Source: Octopus sinensis (lineage: Eukaryota). From it: DNA of 64,000 bases. The notes beneath the pieces are model-generated. The model was not told the origin of the DNA. It saw nothing but the letters and a program-made list of their open reading frames with translations, and searched no databases. Of this stretch, positions 13,193-25,640 are shown piece after piece. The stretch spans positions 52,886,001 through 52,950,000 of the forward strand of contig NC_043002.1 of the NCBI RefSeq assembly GCF_006345805.1, in the 5' to 3' direction. The position numbers were made by a program, and so were the translations under genes. Each line of letters opens with the position of its first letter. Positions within the stretch are counted from its first letter, which is position 1.

Positions 13193-15139
13193 CTAGAATG
13201 GAACACATGACATATATTGACACACCAATATCATTAAGCTCAAGTTTTAAAATGAAATAATAGTGCAGGGCTGCTCATTCCAGAAAAATGTGATGCCATG
13301 TATGAAAAAAGCATTTCAAAATTTTTGGTCTAATAACAAACAGCTACCGATAATTTTCACCAATGTGAATAGAAATTTTTGTATAAATACAATTACTAAG
13401 GAAAACAAGTTTAAAAAAAAAAATACTAGTTGCTTTTACTTATAACCAAAACATTTATTTAGTGAAACTATTTTTTTAAAAAACTCCTACGAAGTATATA
13501 ACTGAAAATTATATATTCATCTTATAAGGATATTTTGAATAGATATTTGAATATCAGTGTTCGGTGTATATGGAGCAGATTCCTCTAAAATAATATAAGC
13601 TGGAAGAATTCAAACAAGAACTAATAGCTTTCACAAAGCATAACAAAAGCTTCAGACCATTTTCTAAAGAATTGTCAGCTATCATGCTGTGCTTCATATT
13701 AACTGACTTGACTGATTAATTCAATAAGATTTTGGATAATTTTCAAAAGGTAAGAATAGTGAAAAGAATACTTTTTGTTTTGTTTTGGCTTTTTTTTTTT
13801 ATTTGAGATATGGCAATTGAATTATTTTCAATGCCATATGAAATAGTTTGCATGACATTGTAGTTTAGCTGGTCACTCGTTTCAGAATACTTGGCATCAA
13901 TATACATTTTTAAGATAGATATATGGAAAAATAGAATATTGAACTCTTAATGATAGTGAAGACGACTGAAACAATACAGGCTTCAGTATTATTCTATTCT
14001 CAAATATTGGTTTCAAATTTTGGTACAAAGCCAGTAAGTATGGAGAAGCTCAGTCAATTAGATCAACCCCAGTGCTCAAGTGGTACTTATTTTATTGACT
14101 CCAAAATGATGAAAAGCAAAGTCAACCTCAGTGGGATTTGAACTCAGAATGCAATGATTCAGCATTTTGCCCAGGATGCAAACAATTCTGCCATCTTGCC
14201 CTTTTACTGTTCCCAAATATTGTCATCATCAATGTAAAAGCATTTTTACAATATTTTTTTCTTATACCTAGCTTTGCCAAAACAATATTACAAAGATCTA
14301 GAACAGTTTGGTTATTTCATTCTTTTTTCCATAATGTCATTTGTTGCAATCTACAAGAATCATAATAGTTTGTGGAAAGTTTCATTTCTAAGTGTGATAG
14401 ATGGTAGAGTTGTCAAGATGTTGGAGAATATACCCTGTGTTAATTAATTACATCTTTCAATGTTCTGAGTTCAAATCATGTTGGGGTTAAGTAAGTTTTC
14501 ATCTTGCCAAGGGTCAACAAAGCAAGTACCACTTGGTATACAATCAGTTGTTATCTGCCCACAAAAGTATCAGTGGGACTGAGCATTCAACAGATGCCCC
14601 ACATCACCAAAAGATCACTCAACTGGTTATTGATCTAAACTGGAGCATCAAGTCATCATCATTATCGTTTAATGTCCGTTTTCCAAGCTGGCATAGGTTG
14701 AATGGTCTGACAGGAGCTGGAATCACCAAAGAGCTGTCTAGGCTTCAACTGTCCGTTTTGGCATGGTTTCTATGGCTTGATGCCCTTCTTAATGCCAATC
14801 CTTTACAAAGCGTGCTGGGTACTTTTTATATAACACTAGCATGAGTGCATTTTATGTGGCACTGGCACAAAACAGTAATGAACATAGGTCAGTCAATCAT
14901 AACGAACCCCAAAGCAAAGACAATTGGGTCATATTTAAAGACCAGCAGACTTATGTCATCAACTAAATATGGTATACAAACTGACATCTTAATGAAGACA
15001 AACCTTACTGTGACCTTAAACAACATACTTAACTCTGTCACAATCCAACAAGTGCTGTAACAATTGAAGAGTTTACACATCTACAAACCAACCAAAACGA
15101 CTCAGTATGAACAACAATGTGATAATTATATGATAATCA

Positions 15140-15440
15140 TCATCATCGTTTAATGTCCATTTTCCGTGCTAGCATTGGTTGGACGGTTCAACCGGGGCCT
15201 GAGAAGCCAGGAGGCTGCACCAGGCTCCAGTCTGATCTGGCAGTGTTTCTACAGCTGGATGCCCTTCCTAACTCTAACCACTCCGTGAGTGTAGTGGGTG
15301 CTTTTTACGTGCCAGGAGAGGCTGGCAACAGCCACGATCGGTTGGTGGTTTTTATGTGCCATCAACACGGAAACCAGTCAAGGCGGCGCTGGTATTGGCC
15401 ACATATGAATGGTGCTTTTTACGTGCCACCGGCTTACGTA
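15140..15440 (-). mobile_element. SINE family A copy
   Basis: Reverse complement of the family A core, with (atc)n tail at 15140. Confidence 0.85.
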
Positions 15441-16776
15441 CAACCATAAATGGCATAGATTATAATAAGTAACCTAATTCCAAGAGAAAACATTATAGAA
15501 ATTTTATATCTTATAAATCAAACATCACATAAGTCTTGTGCTGCCTTCTGTATTCTGTTTTAAATTACTTTCCATATTTCAAGCCAATGAGAGAGCATCT
15601 GCACAAGTGTTCAACCTACTAGAAACAATAGCCATATTTTCCTCCAACCATACCTTAGCATGTAAGAAAAAAGTGGGTGTGTGTGGGGGGGGGATGTGTC
15701 ACATCAGATAGCATAGTGCTTCATATACATAAAGGTAGTGGCTGGAACACCATTTATCATGATCCTAAATATTATGCTTTCTACAATAGTTTCCTTTAAG
15801 TCTTTTCTTTTGATAGATTCTCTCATTGTAAGGCTTGTTTAGCTGTTCTTCTTTCACTATGCCAACAAAGAAACCTCTATGTGGTTGCTTGGCCTGCAAA
15901 AAATAGCAGCCCAGTCTCTCTCATATCACACATTAGCATTTTCTTTTTTATGGACGCATTGGTAAAAGCAGTCATAGAATTACTGTAACAAAAGAAAAAG
16001 AAAGAAAGAAAGAAAAATGATAGGATGGAGATGGCTGAAAAACCTGTGACCATAGGTCAGCTCACTCAGGAATTATTCAGAGTTAGACCACCATCACCAC
16101 CACCTATACATATATCCATCATAATCAATGACTATGTGGATCAACCAGATATGTCTCTATGGTAATGTGCAAATGGATGGATAAATGCAGACATCTGCCA
16201 TTATTATCACACATTATATCATTGCTTTGCTTGTAAATTACTACTAATCTACAAAATAGTTGTTGACAGACAACAAGAATACACGCTAACTCACACAAAC
16301 CATTTTGACCTGGAGATAGCAACAAAAGGCATGTTTTTTCTTTTCTTTTGCGAGTTTTTTTTTCTTCTCTTTCCCTGATTTGGCTGGTGGAGTGGGATGC
16401 CCTCTCAGGCTAATTTGTTATCAGATGACATCAGTGCTCATGCAAAACATAGCAAGCTAAAGAGATATCTATAAATGCAAACAGTTTATGTAGTTTATCA
16501 ATTAGAAATAGAAAAATAGAAAAGAGGAGGAAATTAATTGCCAGAGACCAGACTTGTTATATAGACAATTGAAATGAATGTATGTGTGTGTGTGCATGCA
16601 CATGTGTACTAATGTATGTACACAAGAAAATGAGCAGCATGAAAAATTGCAGGCACATATGAGAATAAGTGCATTATTTGTGTATTAAGGCTACTGTTGG
16701 TTTCATGTTAAGGAAGTCCTCAACAATATTCAAGCCTATCACACAGAACATTGGTGTTTGTCTTCATTTTACATTA

Positions 16777-16824
<48 letters not shown>

Positions 16825-17149
16825 CAAAACGCACCCCTGTCCAGTGGACGGTGCTGAATCATATCTGCTGAATAAAAAGCAATCAGTGTTTTCTTTTCAT
16901 TCGAAAAAAAATTAAGCATGCCTTTATTTCAATAAAATATTTTGGTTTTGTTAAATGAAGTTAAGGCAAAAAAAATACTTCATGAGAAACCAAATAGTCT
17001 TTCCTTCATTCATGCCAAGTTTGAAGAAAATATCACTTTTGCATCTTACATTTTTGGTCTCTTAAATATACTGCTTTTTGTGGCATTATTTCAAGCCAGC
17101 TGGCTTTTTTTGCACAAACTGCATGTGCATTTTTCTCACATATGCATAG

Positions 17150-17372
17150 TATCGATTGCAACAGCTGATGTACTTGCGTGTACAAATGCACATTCCCACG
17201 GCTTTATCAATCGCATTCTCACTTGGAATTGATTTTTGTAATTTTTTCTAGACTTATACACGCCCTGATACCATCGGTATCTACATATCAAATTTGAGCG
17301 CAATTGGATGGAGGATGCCCGAGATCCTAGAAGTCACAGACAGACAGACAGAACGGTTTTATATAATAGATA
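17150..17372 (+). mobile_element. 3' part of a non-autonomous Helitron-like (Lep1/HINE-type) element
   Basis: ...tatcaaatttgagcgcaattggatg...(acag)n microsatellite then ttttatataatagat end, the typical layout of Lep1-like elements. Confidence 0.55.
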
Positions 17373-17579
17373 ATCATAATGCATGATATCTTCAAACACC
17401 AACCCTACAATGTCATTCTAACAATAAAACAATTACATCATTAAAATCTTGAAAGTACAAGATAATGCATGATTGATTCAAAACAATGTGAATAAATAAG
17501 CTTTAAATTAGGCAGAGTAATCTGAGTGCTAAAAGGTTTAAGGACTCAAAAGCTTACAGTTGGGATAAGGTAAAAAAGT

Positions 17580-17900
17580 AAAGACCCCCTTTAGTCATGA
17601 ATGACCATGAGATTGCACCTAGGAACTAGGAAGTTACCCTCCGAGGTACAAGTCCGGGCAAGATTGTTTATAGAAGAACAGCAGTCACCCATGCATACCA
17701 GCCTCCCCTCCCCATCCCATCAATATTATCCAAGGAAAAGACAAAGGCTGATACAGCTTGGCCACAGTGATGTCACAACTCATTTTCTACAGCTGAGTGA
17801 ACTGGAGCAACACGAAATAAAGTGTCCTGCTCAAAAACACAACACACAACCTGGTCCGGGAATTGAACTCACTACTTCATGATTAGAACCCAGTATTCTA
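17580..17900 (-). mobile_element. SINE family D variant
   Basis: Collinear with 45725-46058 (gttaccctcc..caagtc.gggcaa..ttgtttat.gaaga.cagcagtc.cccat); tRNA-like head at the right end. Confidence 0.8.
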
Positions 17901-18002
17901 TGTTTGCTATGTTTTGTGTCTCTCTCTGAATACTGAACTGCTGAAGACAATCTAAGGAATTAAATGATGACGGCTATCAGTGCAGCTGGTGCGTATTCTG
18001 AC

Positions 18003-18194
18003 CTGACATTCTCTGATGCACGGGGGCAGTATTAGAAGTAGAAGGAGATTTAGGCATTGAAGCCTTTCCACTAGAGTGTTTGTCTTTCTCGGATTCGTTT
18101 TGCATCAAACTGACTTTGGCGGAGTTTAGCGTCTCAATTGTATCCTCGACAAAGCTGCTTTGAGAGATTTTGCGTAAAAATGTTGACATTGTGC
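18003..18194 (-). CDS. NCX: Putative NCX cassette exon, paralogue 2 (192 nt): GTMSTFLRKISQSSFVEDTIETLNSAKVSLMQNESEKDKHSSGKASMPKSPSTSNTAPVHQRMS|G
   Basis: T-rich acceptor gttgttgttattttag|GC ACA, donor ATG TCA G|gtcaga; phase 1/1, open frame; GC/CpG content visibly above the flanking intron. Confidence 0.82.
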
Positions 18195-19529
18195 CTAAAA
18201 TAACAACAACAACAACATCAACAAAAATAATGATAATAAAAATAAAATAAACAAGACAAAATAAATAGTAGCAGCATGGAGCTGAGCTTCTGTTTCATGT
18301 GGTATGATGGTGCAGAGAAAGGATTTTCTATTGAAAGGAACAACACAATCAGTAATTATTTAGTAAATTGCTAACTGAACTGATACTGCTGCTGCTACTA
18401 CTACTACTACTACTGATGATGATGATGATGATGATAATAATAAACAATACAAAAAGCAAACAAATGATAAAACTGACAACAGAATTTATCAGTGTTCAAT
18501 ACATATAAAGTGAAAATCATTCAGTGTAGCTCATGTCACTGAAATAAATAAGATTTGATAATAATATTATTTTCATTGATTTTTTTTTTATACACTTTAT
18601 TTGGATTGCAGTTTTGTTAATTTTTATCGATTTCTTTTTTCTTCTTGTCATATTTTAACATTAAAGATTACTGTAGGCCAAAACTATACACTGTTTAAAT
18701 ATGTTAACAATAAGAATCCAAGATATTCTTCATAAATGAAATAAAAAATCAGAATGCCATACAAGAATACTTCTTCACTCAACAATGGCAAGGAAAGAAA
18801 TAACTAACTGTAGCTAATGAAATATTTCTTGAAAAAAGAGAGAGAGAGAAAAAAAAAGCAGTATCTAAATTTGGGTTCTTATACATGCAATTTATATCTG
18901 GAAAAGGGAAGTACAAAATTTAAAAAAAGGGATAGAATTTAGAGCAAGATACACATGCACACACAAACACATATGTATACAGATATATACACAGGTTTAT
19001 ATATGCATCACATATATTTGAAATTTAGGTATTTCTAATATAAATTTACAAAAAAAAAAAAAAAAGCCCAGAACTAAGAGACTAGTGAGTTCATTTAAAA
19101 AAAAAACTTCATTTACAAAGCAAACAATGGAAGTCATTATGCAGTCACACAACCTGCTAGAAAGAGCAGCAAAGTCCCTTTCAGATCACATTCTAACCCC
19201 TCTTAAAAATAGGAAGAACACTCATGATAATGCAGTTCTTGACCTTTTTCTCTCTCATTTTTTTAAGATTTGATAAATGAAGAAAAGAGTAAGGAAGGAC
19301 AACCCTCATGATATTTTCAATTTTCAGGGTGTGTGAGACTTGCAGGGGGAATGGTGGAAGTTATCTTCAGACTAAAAGCCTGGCCTGAATGCTTGAGATG
19401 GATTAGATTCTTTGAAAGACACCCACAAGCTAGGATGAATGTGTTGAAGTTGGCAATGGATTAAGTCTACAACCTGAAACAGAAATGGTTTTTTCAATGA
19501 GCGTCCACATTGTGCTCTTCCACCAAAAT

Positions 19530-19758
19530 TAATCCTTTAGCATTGAAACTGGCCATATCCAGCCAATATATTGTGCCTGTTTCATATTTAAACAAGACAG
19601 ATCCAGCCTCTCACACCTAGCCTCTAATATCATTCGAGAAATATACAATCACATCAATGAAATCTCAAAGCTACAAGATAATACAGGATTAATTTGTAAA
19701 CAATGTGAATAAATAAGGAATACAATAGATGGAGTAATCTGAATACTAAAGGATTAGT
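19530..19758. mobile_element. piggyBac-like MITE, family 2 (degenerate)
   Basis: Ends ttaatcctttagcatt ... aatactaaaggattag; related copies at 26022-26247 and 59762-60205. Confidence 0.6.
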
Positions 19759-20940
19759 ATACAAGACTTTAATTGACCTAAGGCTATAGTAGAAGACTCT
19801 TACCTGAGGGGCCCCCATGGTGGTAGCTGATATTGAACCTTAAACCATTTAGTTGTGAAGCAGGTATTTCAATTATGCAACCCTGCCTGTGTCTCCAAAA
19901 GACAGGATGAACAAGGCAAGAACAACTAGCTTTGATTATATGTATGCTCAATCAGAATTATCCTTGGGGTTAGCAACTTAATTTCCAACAAGAAATGTGA
20001 ATAGAAATGAGGATAAGTAAATTATTTGAAATTTCATCTTTTGACTAATCACAAAACTGAAACTTTTTCCTTCTTATGGAAAGTGTTGAGCTAGACTGAA
20101 TCACTGGAAATTATTTTATCGATCAAACTTTGCCCCAGAACTCAAACCTTAGATGAATGAATTTTAAAATAAACTTGAAACTGGGGTAGGTGGGAGAACT
20201 ACATAGAGCAATTCATGTAGTCCAGATCAATAAGTTTTTCAGTAGTCAGACATATCAATTGGTGTGGGGTGGGCAGAGAGGAATGAATTGTCATTAAAAT
20301 GTTATGTCTTCAGAGTCATTCTGATAAATGTCTAAAATTTTTCAAAAATAGTATTGATGTATCTAAATAAAAAAACGTCTAAGTTTTACTAGTTTGTCAA
20401 CCAATTTAATCTAAGAATACTTTGAAGTAAACAATTTCTTAGTGGAAGAGACATGATAGTAGTTTAACACACACATAAATATACACACCATTATATTTGA
20501 TTCTAGTATATTTTGTAATAATATTATTATACACATCATAAAGGAATTAAAGTGTCTTATTTGTACACCCCTAACCTAGTCACTACTATTACTAAGTAGT
20601 AAATAAAATACTATTATAGATAAACATAAGTAAACAAGCAATATGAGTGTATTTTAAGTGGTTATCATGGCAACTATAATGCAATTGTAAATGGGAATTA
20701 TTGACATAAAATCAAATATCTAACACCTGTAGAAGTCTGGGGAGTAGACAATGGCATTCCAGAACCAAAGACAGACATATAAAACTAAGAAATTATTTTC
20801 AGTCTAGCTTGTTTTTGCAGCCATGTGGTTTTGGGTTTGGTCCACTGCACAACACCTTGAGCAAGTGTCTTCTACTATAGTCCCGAGATCAACAAATGCT
20901 TTGTGAGTGAATTTGATAGAAGGAAACAGTGTTGGAGCCT

Positions 20941-20973
<33 letters not shown>

Positions 20974-20975
<2 letters not shown>

Positions 20976-21206
20976 GGCGGCGAGCTGGCAGACACGTTAG
21001 CATGCCGGGCAAAATGCATAGCCGTATTTCGTCTGCCGTTACGTTCTGAGTTCAAATTCCGCCAAGGTCGACTTTGCCTTTCATCCTTTCGGGGTCGATA
21101 AATTAAGTACCAGTTTGGCACTGGGGTTGATGTAATCGACTTAATCCCTTTGTCTGTCCTTGTTTGTTCCCTCTGTGTTTAGCCCCTTGTAGGTAGTAAA
21201 GAAATA
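20974..21206 (+). mobile_element. SINE family B, best-preserved copy
   Basis: Head ggcggcgagctggcagacacgttagc..ctgagttcaaattcc (A/B-box-like) plus central ctttgcctttcatcctttcggggtcgataaattaagtacc; high CpG retention suggests a young insertion. Confidence 0.85.
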
Positions 21207-21729
21207 TATATATATGGTAAATGAAAGACTGAAGATGGAATATACAAGAATTTATTATTAATCACGACAATTGTTTTGACACATCTAGTATCGATCCCTC
21301 ATGGGTGGGGCACTCAACAACTGGTTCAGGAGCATGTGTGTCTCATCGGGTGATAAATAGACACAACTCGTTAAAATAACAGTTCTGCAATGTATCCTCT
21401 CATTTCGTAGAAAGAAATGTAGTAGAACAAAGGAAATAGCTTCATTTACATTGAAGATCAAAAATAAAATCACAGATGCAAAAAAGAACACAATACAGTG
21501 AGAAAAGAATTGAAAATAACCGTTAACAAATATGGATGTATAAACACCCTTGAGCAAGCTGCATGGTGTATGTACACTCACTCATACAAGCATGTGCACA
21601 TGTGTTTGGTGCACTCATGATCACAAAGCAAGTTAAATATCTACTTGGTATTTATAAGAATGGAGAGGTTAAAACTAAACTTAATTCATCCATACTTTAA
21701 AGTAAATTATAACAGTTACTCAAATTCAT

Positions 21730-22112
21730 CCCCACTGCATTGTGAGAAAGTGCAATCATATGCATATAGGCATCTTGTGAGTCTTTCAGAAATTCTATTA
21801 ATGATCTTCTTGTTGATCCACAGAATAAACAGAGATTTCTTGTAGCAGAGATGGCATCTCCTGGAAATTATATTGTATGGTTATGCTGTACTTAATTTTA
21901 TCCTCCTTCAGTCATCATACAAAATCAGCCAAAGATGTTGAATGTCTCTTATTGATTGTCTTAAAGCTGGCAATATGGTTATGATAACGATTCTTAAATG
22001 AATCAGCTGTCTGCCCAATGTAAGCATATGGACCTCTCCTTGTGTGCACAGTACATTTATATACAAGACTTGTATTCACACAAAGGTTCATCAATTTGAT
22101 TTTTCTCTGCAT
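21730..22112 (-). mobile_element. Penelope-like element GIY-YIG endonuclease remnant
   Basis: SLVYKCTV..AYIGQTADSFKNRYHNHIASFKTINKRHSTSLADFV followed by RRCHLCYKKSLFILWINKKIINRISE..RC: the VY..YIG, RxxxH and CxLC..K motifs of PLE endonucleases. Confidence 0.85.
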
Positions 22113-22749
22113 GAGAATTTATCATATTTATTTGTATATAAGGTAGTTCTAACTATATTACTGTGTTAGCTGTATCGTAAGCATTTCTACTCATACAATT
22201 TGGCTGTAATTGGTGTTTTTCATTGTGGCTTATATCTCCTTCATTGGTATTTAGATGTGCATGTTTGCTAGATCCAGTAGGTGGGTTATTGAACCTTTGT
22301 TGCATTTAACTATTGTTTATGTGGTGCATAAGCTACTCTAAATTAGCAGAATTAGTGTAGGAGACCTTCATGGTGTTCGATTAAAAATACATACATATAT
22401 ACATACATACACAAACACACACATGTGTGTGTGTATGTATACATTTAAATATATTATCAACATAACTGACTTAACAATAATTCAAAATGTGTGTGTGTGT
22501 GTGTATCTTTGTGTTAATGTTTGTCTTCCCAAATCACTTGACAACTAGGTTTATTTAATTAATTATTTGTCTCTGTAACTTACCAGTTTGGCAAAAGAGA
22601 CTGGTAGAATAAATACCAGACTTAAGAAAAAAAAAGTAGTAAGATTGATTTGTTCAACTAAACTCTTCAAGGCAGTCCTCCAGCATGGCTGCAGTCCAAT
22701 GAGTGAAACAAGTAAGAGTTAAAAGAAAATTATGTAACTATTACACACT

Positions 22750-23185
22750 ACATTATTTACATTTGACAAATATTTGTCCTCATCTTGTTTGTTGTTAATA
22801 ATAGACAGAGAACACCACTGGAAAATACAAAAACTAAAAGAAGCAGCACATATGCTAGGACACAACAACCTCCTAAGCAGACTAAGTGCAGATATGAGCA
22901 GCATATGGGAACCAGTATTAAGGAAGGATAGAAAAATATTAGATTTATAAGCCCTAAAATTCACTCTATAATTGCCCACAGGCATATGGCGTAGTGGTTA
23001 AGATTCCGAGTTCGATTCCAAGCAGTGACCTGAATAATAATAACATCGAAAAATATCTTAGGAATGAGAACCCAGGTTTGATATTTCTCCAAGACACCTG
23101 ATGAAGGCTGGAGGATATAACAACAAACAAGATGAGGAAAAATATCCATCAAATGTAAATAATGTACATAATTCCTCTTCTCTTA
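22750..23185 (+). mobile_element. Second Penelope-like 3' fragment with inverted termini, tRNA-like head and hammerhead core relic
   Basis: IIDREHHWKIQKLKEAAHMLGHNNLLSRLSADMSSIWEPVL* (PLE C-terminus); 48-bp inverted repeat at 22750-22797 and 23118-23165; A-box 22987-22997, B-box 23008-23019; CTGATGA at 23098-23104. Confidence 0.7.
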
Positions 23186-23594
23186 AATATAGAACTGTAC
23201 TACACACTACAGTTTGTCTTTGATAGTTTGCTGATAGAAGCAATGTGATGGTATTGTGGAAGATAGACAAAGAACAGAGTTAACAGTTGAGAAGTTATAT
23301 TCTAACAAAGAAAGCATTTCTATTACAAATGAATTCTCAAGAAAGTATAGTGGAGCCATAATCCACAGGAGAGTGAACAGAGGAAGCAAACCCAGTAAGT
23401 ACTTCTGAAGAGACGACAATGAAGACTAAAATTTTAAACTTATTATGTAGCAGACCACAAAGAATATAGTTGTATTAAATTATTTGTAAATCTGCATGGC
23501 ATTTGCATGTCAAGCGTTGGTCTGATATTAACCAGACAAAACTTTGTCAGTGTGAAAGACGATTTCTCTGGTGAATACACACATTTATATATAT

Positions 23595-24004
23595 TTAGGC
23601 ATGGGTGTGAGGTTAAGAAGTTTGCTTTCTAACTGCATTGCTCCAGGTTCAACCCCACTGAGTGGCATGTTGGGTAAATGTATCCCACAGTAACTCTGGG
23701 CTGACCAAAGCTTTGTGAGTAGATTTGGTAGATGAAAACTGAAAGAAGCCCATCATAAATACATATTTTTTTTACTCTTTTAGTTGTTTCAGTCATTTGA
23801 CTGCAGCCATGCTGGAGCACAATCTCATAGGGTCTTTTCTTTAGTCGAAGAAATCAACCCCGAGACTTATTCTTTGTAAGCCTAGTACTTATTCTATTGG
23901 ACTCTTTTGCCAAACTGCTAAGTTACAGGGACATAAATACACCAACATTGGTTATCAAGTGATGGTGGGGGGACAAACACAGGCATAAAGACACACTCAC
24001 ATAA

Positions 24005-24044
<40 letters not shown>

Positions 24045-24445
24045 GACTCGTGGCCGACTCGTGGCTGATGCCAGCACCGCCTTGACTGGCTTCCGTGCCG
24101 GTGGCACATAAAATACACCAATCCGACCGTGGCCGTTGCCAGCCTTGCCTGGCACCTGTGCAGGTGGCACGTAAAAAGCACCCACTACACTCACGGAGTG
24201 GTTGGCGTTAGGAAGGGCATCCAGCTGTAGAAACATTGCCAGATAAGACTGGAGCCTGGTGCAGCCTTCTGGCTTCCCAGATCCCCAGTCAAACCGTCCA
24301 ACCCATGCTTGCATGGAGAACGGACGTTAAACGATGATGATGATGATGATGACAGGCTTCTTTCAATTTCCATCTACCAAACCCACACACAAGGCTTTGG
24401 TTGCCCCAAGGCTATAGTGGAAGATACTTACCCAATGCAGTGTGT
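23595..24445. mobile_element. Nested SINE cluster: family C 5' half (+), family C copy (-) with family A inserted in its TA tract
   Basis: Family C head at 23595-23760; minus copy 23770-24445 split by family A at 24040-24352. Confidence 0.75.
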
Positions 24446-25099
24446 GAGTGTGTGTGTGCATTGAACTCAAAATGTAAAGATGGACAAAATGCTGCTAAGC
24501 ATTTTTCCCACAATACTAATGATTTACCTTTTGTTCAATATTAAAAAGAAAAGACAAAGTTTGATTGCACAACTATGCACATGATCTAGATGCTTTTGGC
24601 AATGAAGCTCTGAGATATCTAACAAAAATACAGTACAACGACATGTATCATTTGATAATGATTTATCTGACTCACGAATAAGTTTTATTTATATAATTTT
24701 TGATGTTGTTTTCTTTTCCAATAGTAATAGTTGTCATCGTCATTTTCCACCTCAGTTTGATATATAAACCAAGTTAAGATTCAAATGAAGCATGTTATCC
24801 TTCACTCAAGCTGTTAAAACATTTATTTTAATTACATTGCATTATCTTAATTCTTTTAGCATTTTCAATTAGTTTAAACTGTATGATTACAGTCATGCAA
24901 GAGCGCGTGTTATTTCAGGTGTTATGCAGTTAATTTGGCTGCTTGATATGCTAACAGATGTAAACCAGCTACAAAACGGGTGGTACCTAAGATATTGGAC
25001 ATGAAATAAATATCAGCAAAATCACCATCAGATTTCAGATATTAAAAATTAAACATAATATGATACAATTTCAAATGAGAATACTAAGATCTAAATCAT

Positions 25100-25640
25100 T
25101 GCCCATCTTGTTTGCGGCACACGGAGGAGTTTAAATATCTTGGGACCATATTCATAAGTGATGTGTGGCAGGAAGCTCAAGTGGATGCTAAACTTGCAGT
25201 GCTGACACAGTACTGTGCCAACTCCAACATCCAATTCTTAGAAGAGGAGAGAGAGAGAGAGGTTGGTAAGGAAAGCAGTTTCATGTTTATCCTCATGAAT
25301 ATTGGGGATTGATTAAGTAAGTATAGTCATGAGATTCTCTTGGAGTGAAAAGCTCAGAGAGTTTCTCCGGGTTAAGCCACTACTTCTATGCACTGAGAGG
25401 TCACAGCTCCAGTATTACGACATGTGACCAGAATGTTGCAAGAAAGAATCACAAGAAGAATTCTTCAAGACAAGTCAACTAACAAGAGACCTAGGGTAGA
25501 CCACAAATAACATGGTTGGATAATATTCATAGTCTCCGTTGGTTAAACTTGGGAATCCAGCTGATTCTGATAGGACCTATGGAAGAAGCGCTGAGAATTC
25601 TACTCTCATGACTCTCCCAGGAATGGTGGGTAGAGAAAAC
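25100..25640 (+). mobile_element. RTE-clade LINE (Rex3/Expander-like) ORF C-terminal remnant
   Basis: HTEEFKYLGTIF...EKLREFLRVKPLLLCTERSQLQ..HVTRM..ERITRRILQDKSTNKRPR.RPQITWLDNIHSL; FKYLG and RWxGHxxRM...RPRGRP motifs, with frameshifts. Confidence 0.8.

Noticed and set aside
22981-23025. tRNA gene-like sequence
   Set aside because: A- and B-boxes are present but no cloverleaf can form; treated as a SINE-like head. The same applies to the heads of SINE families B, C and D.
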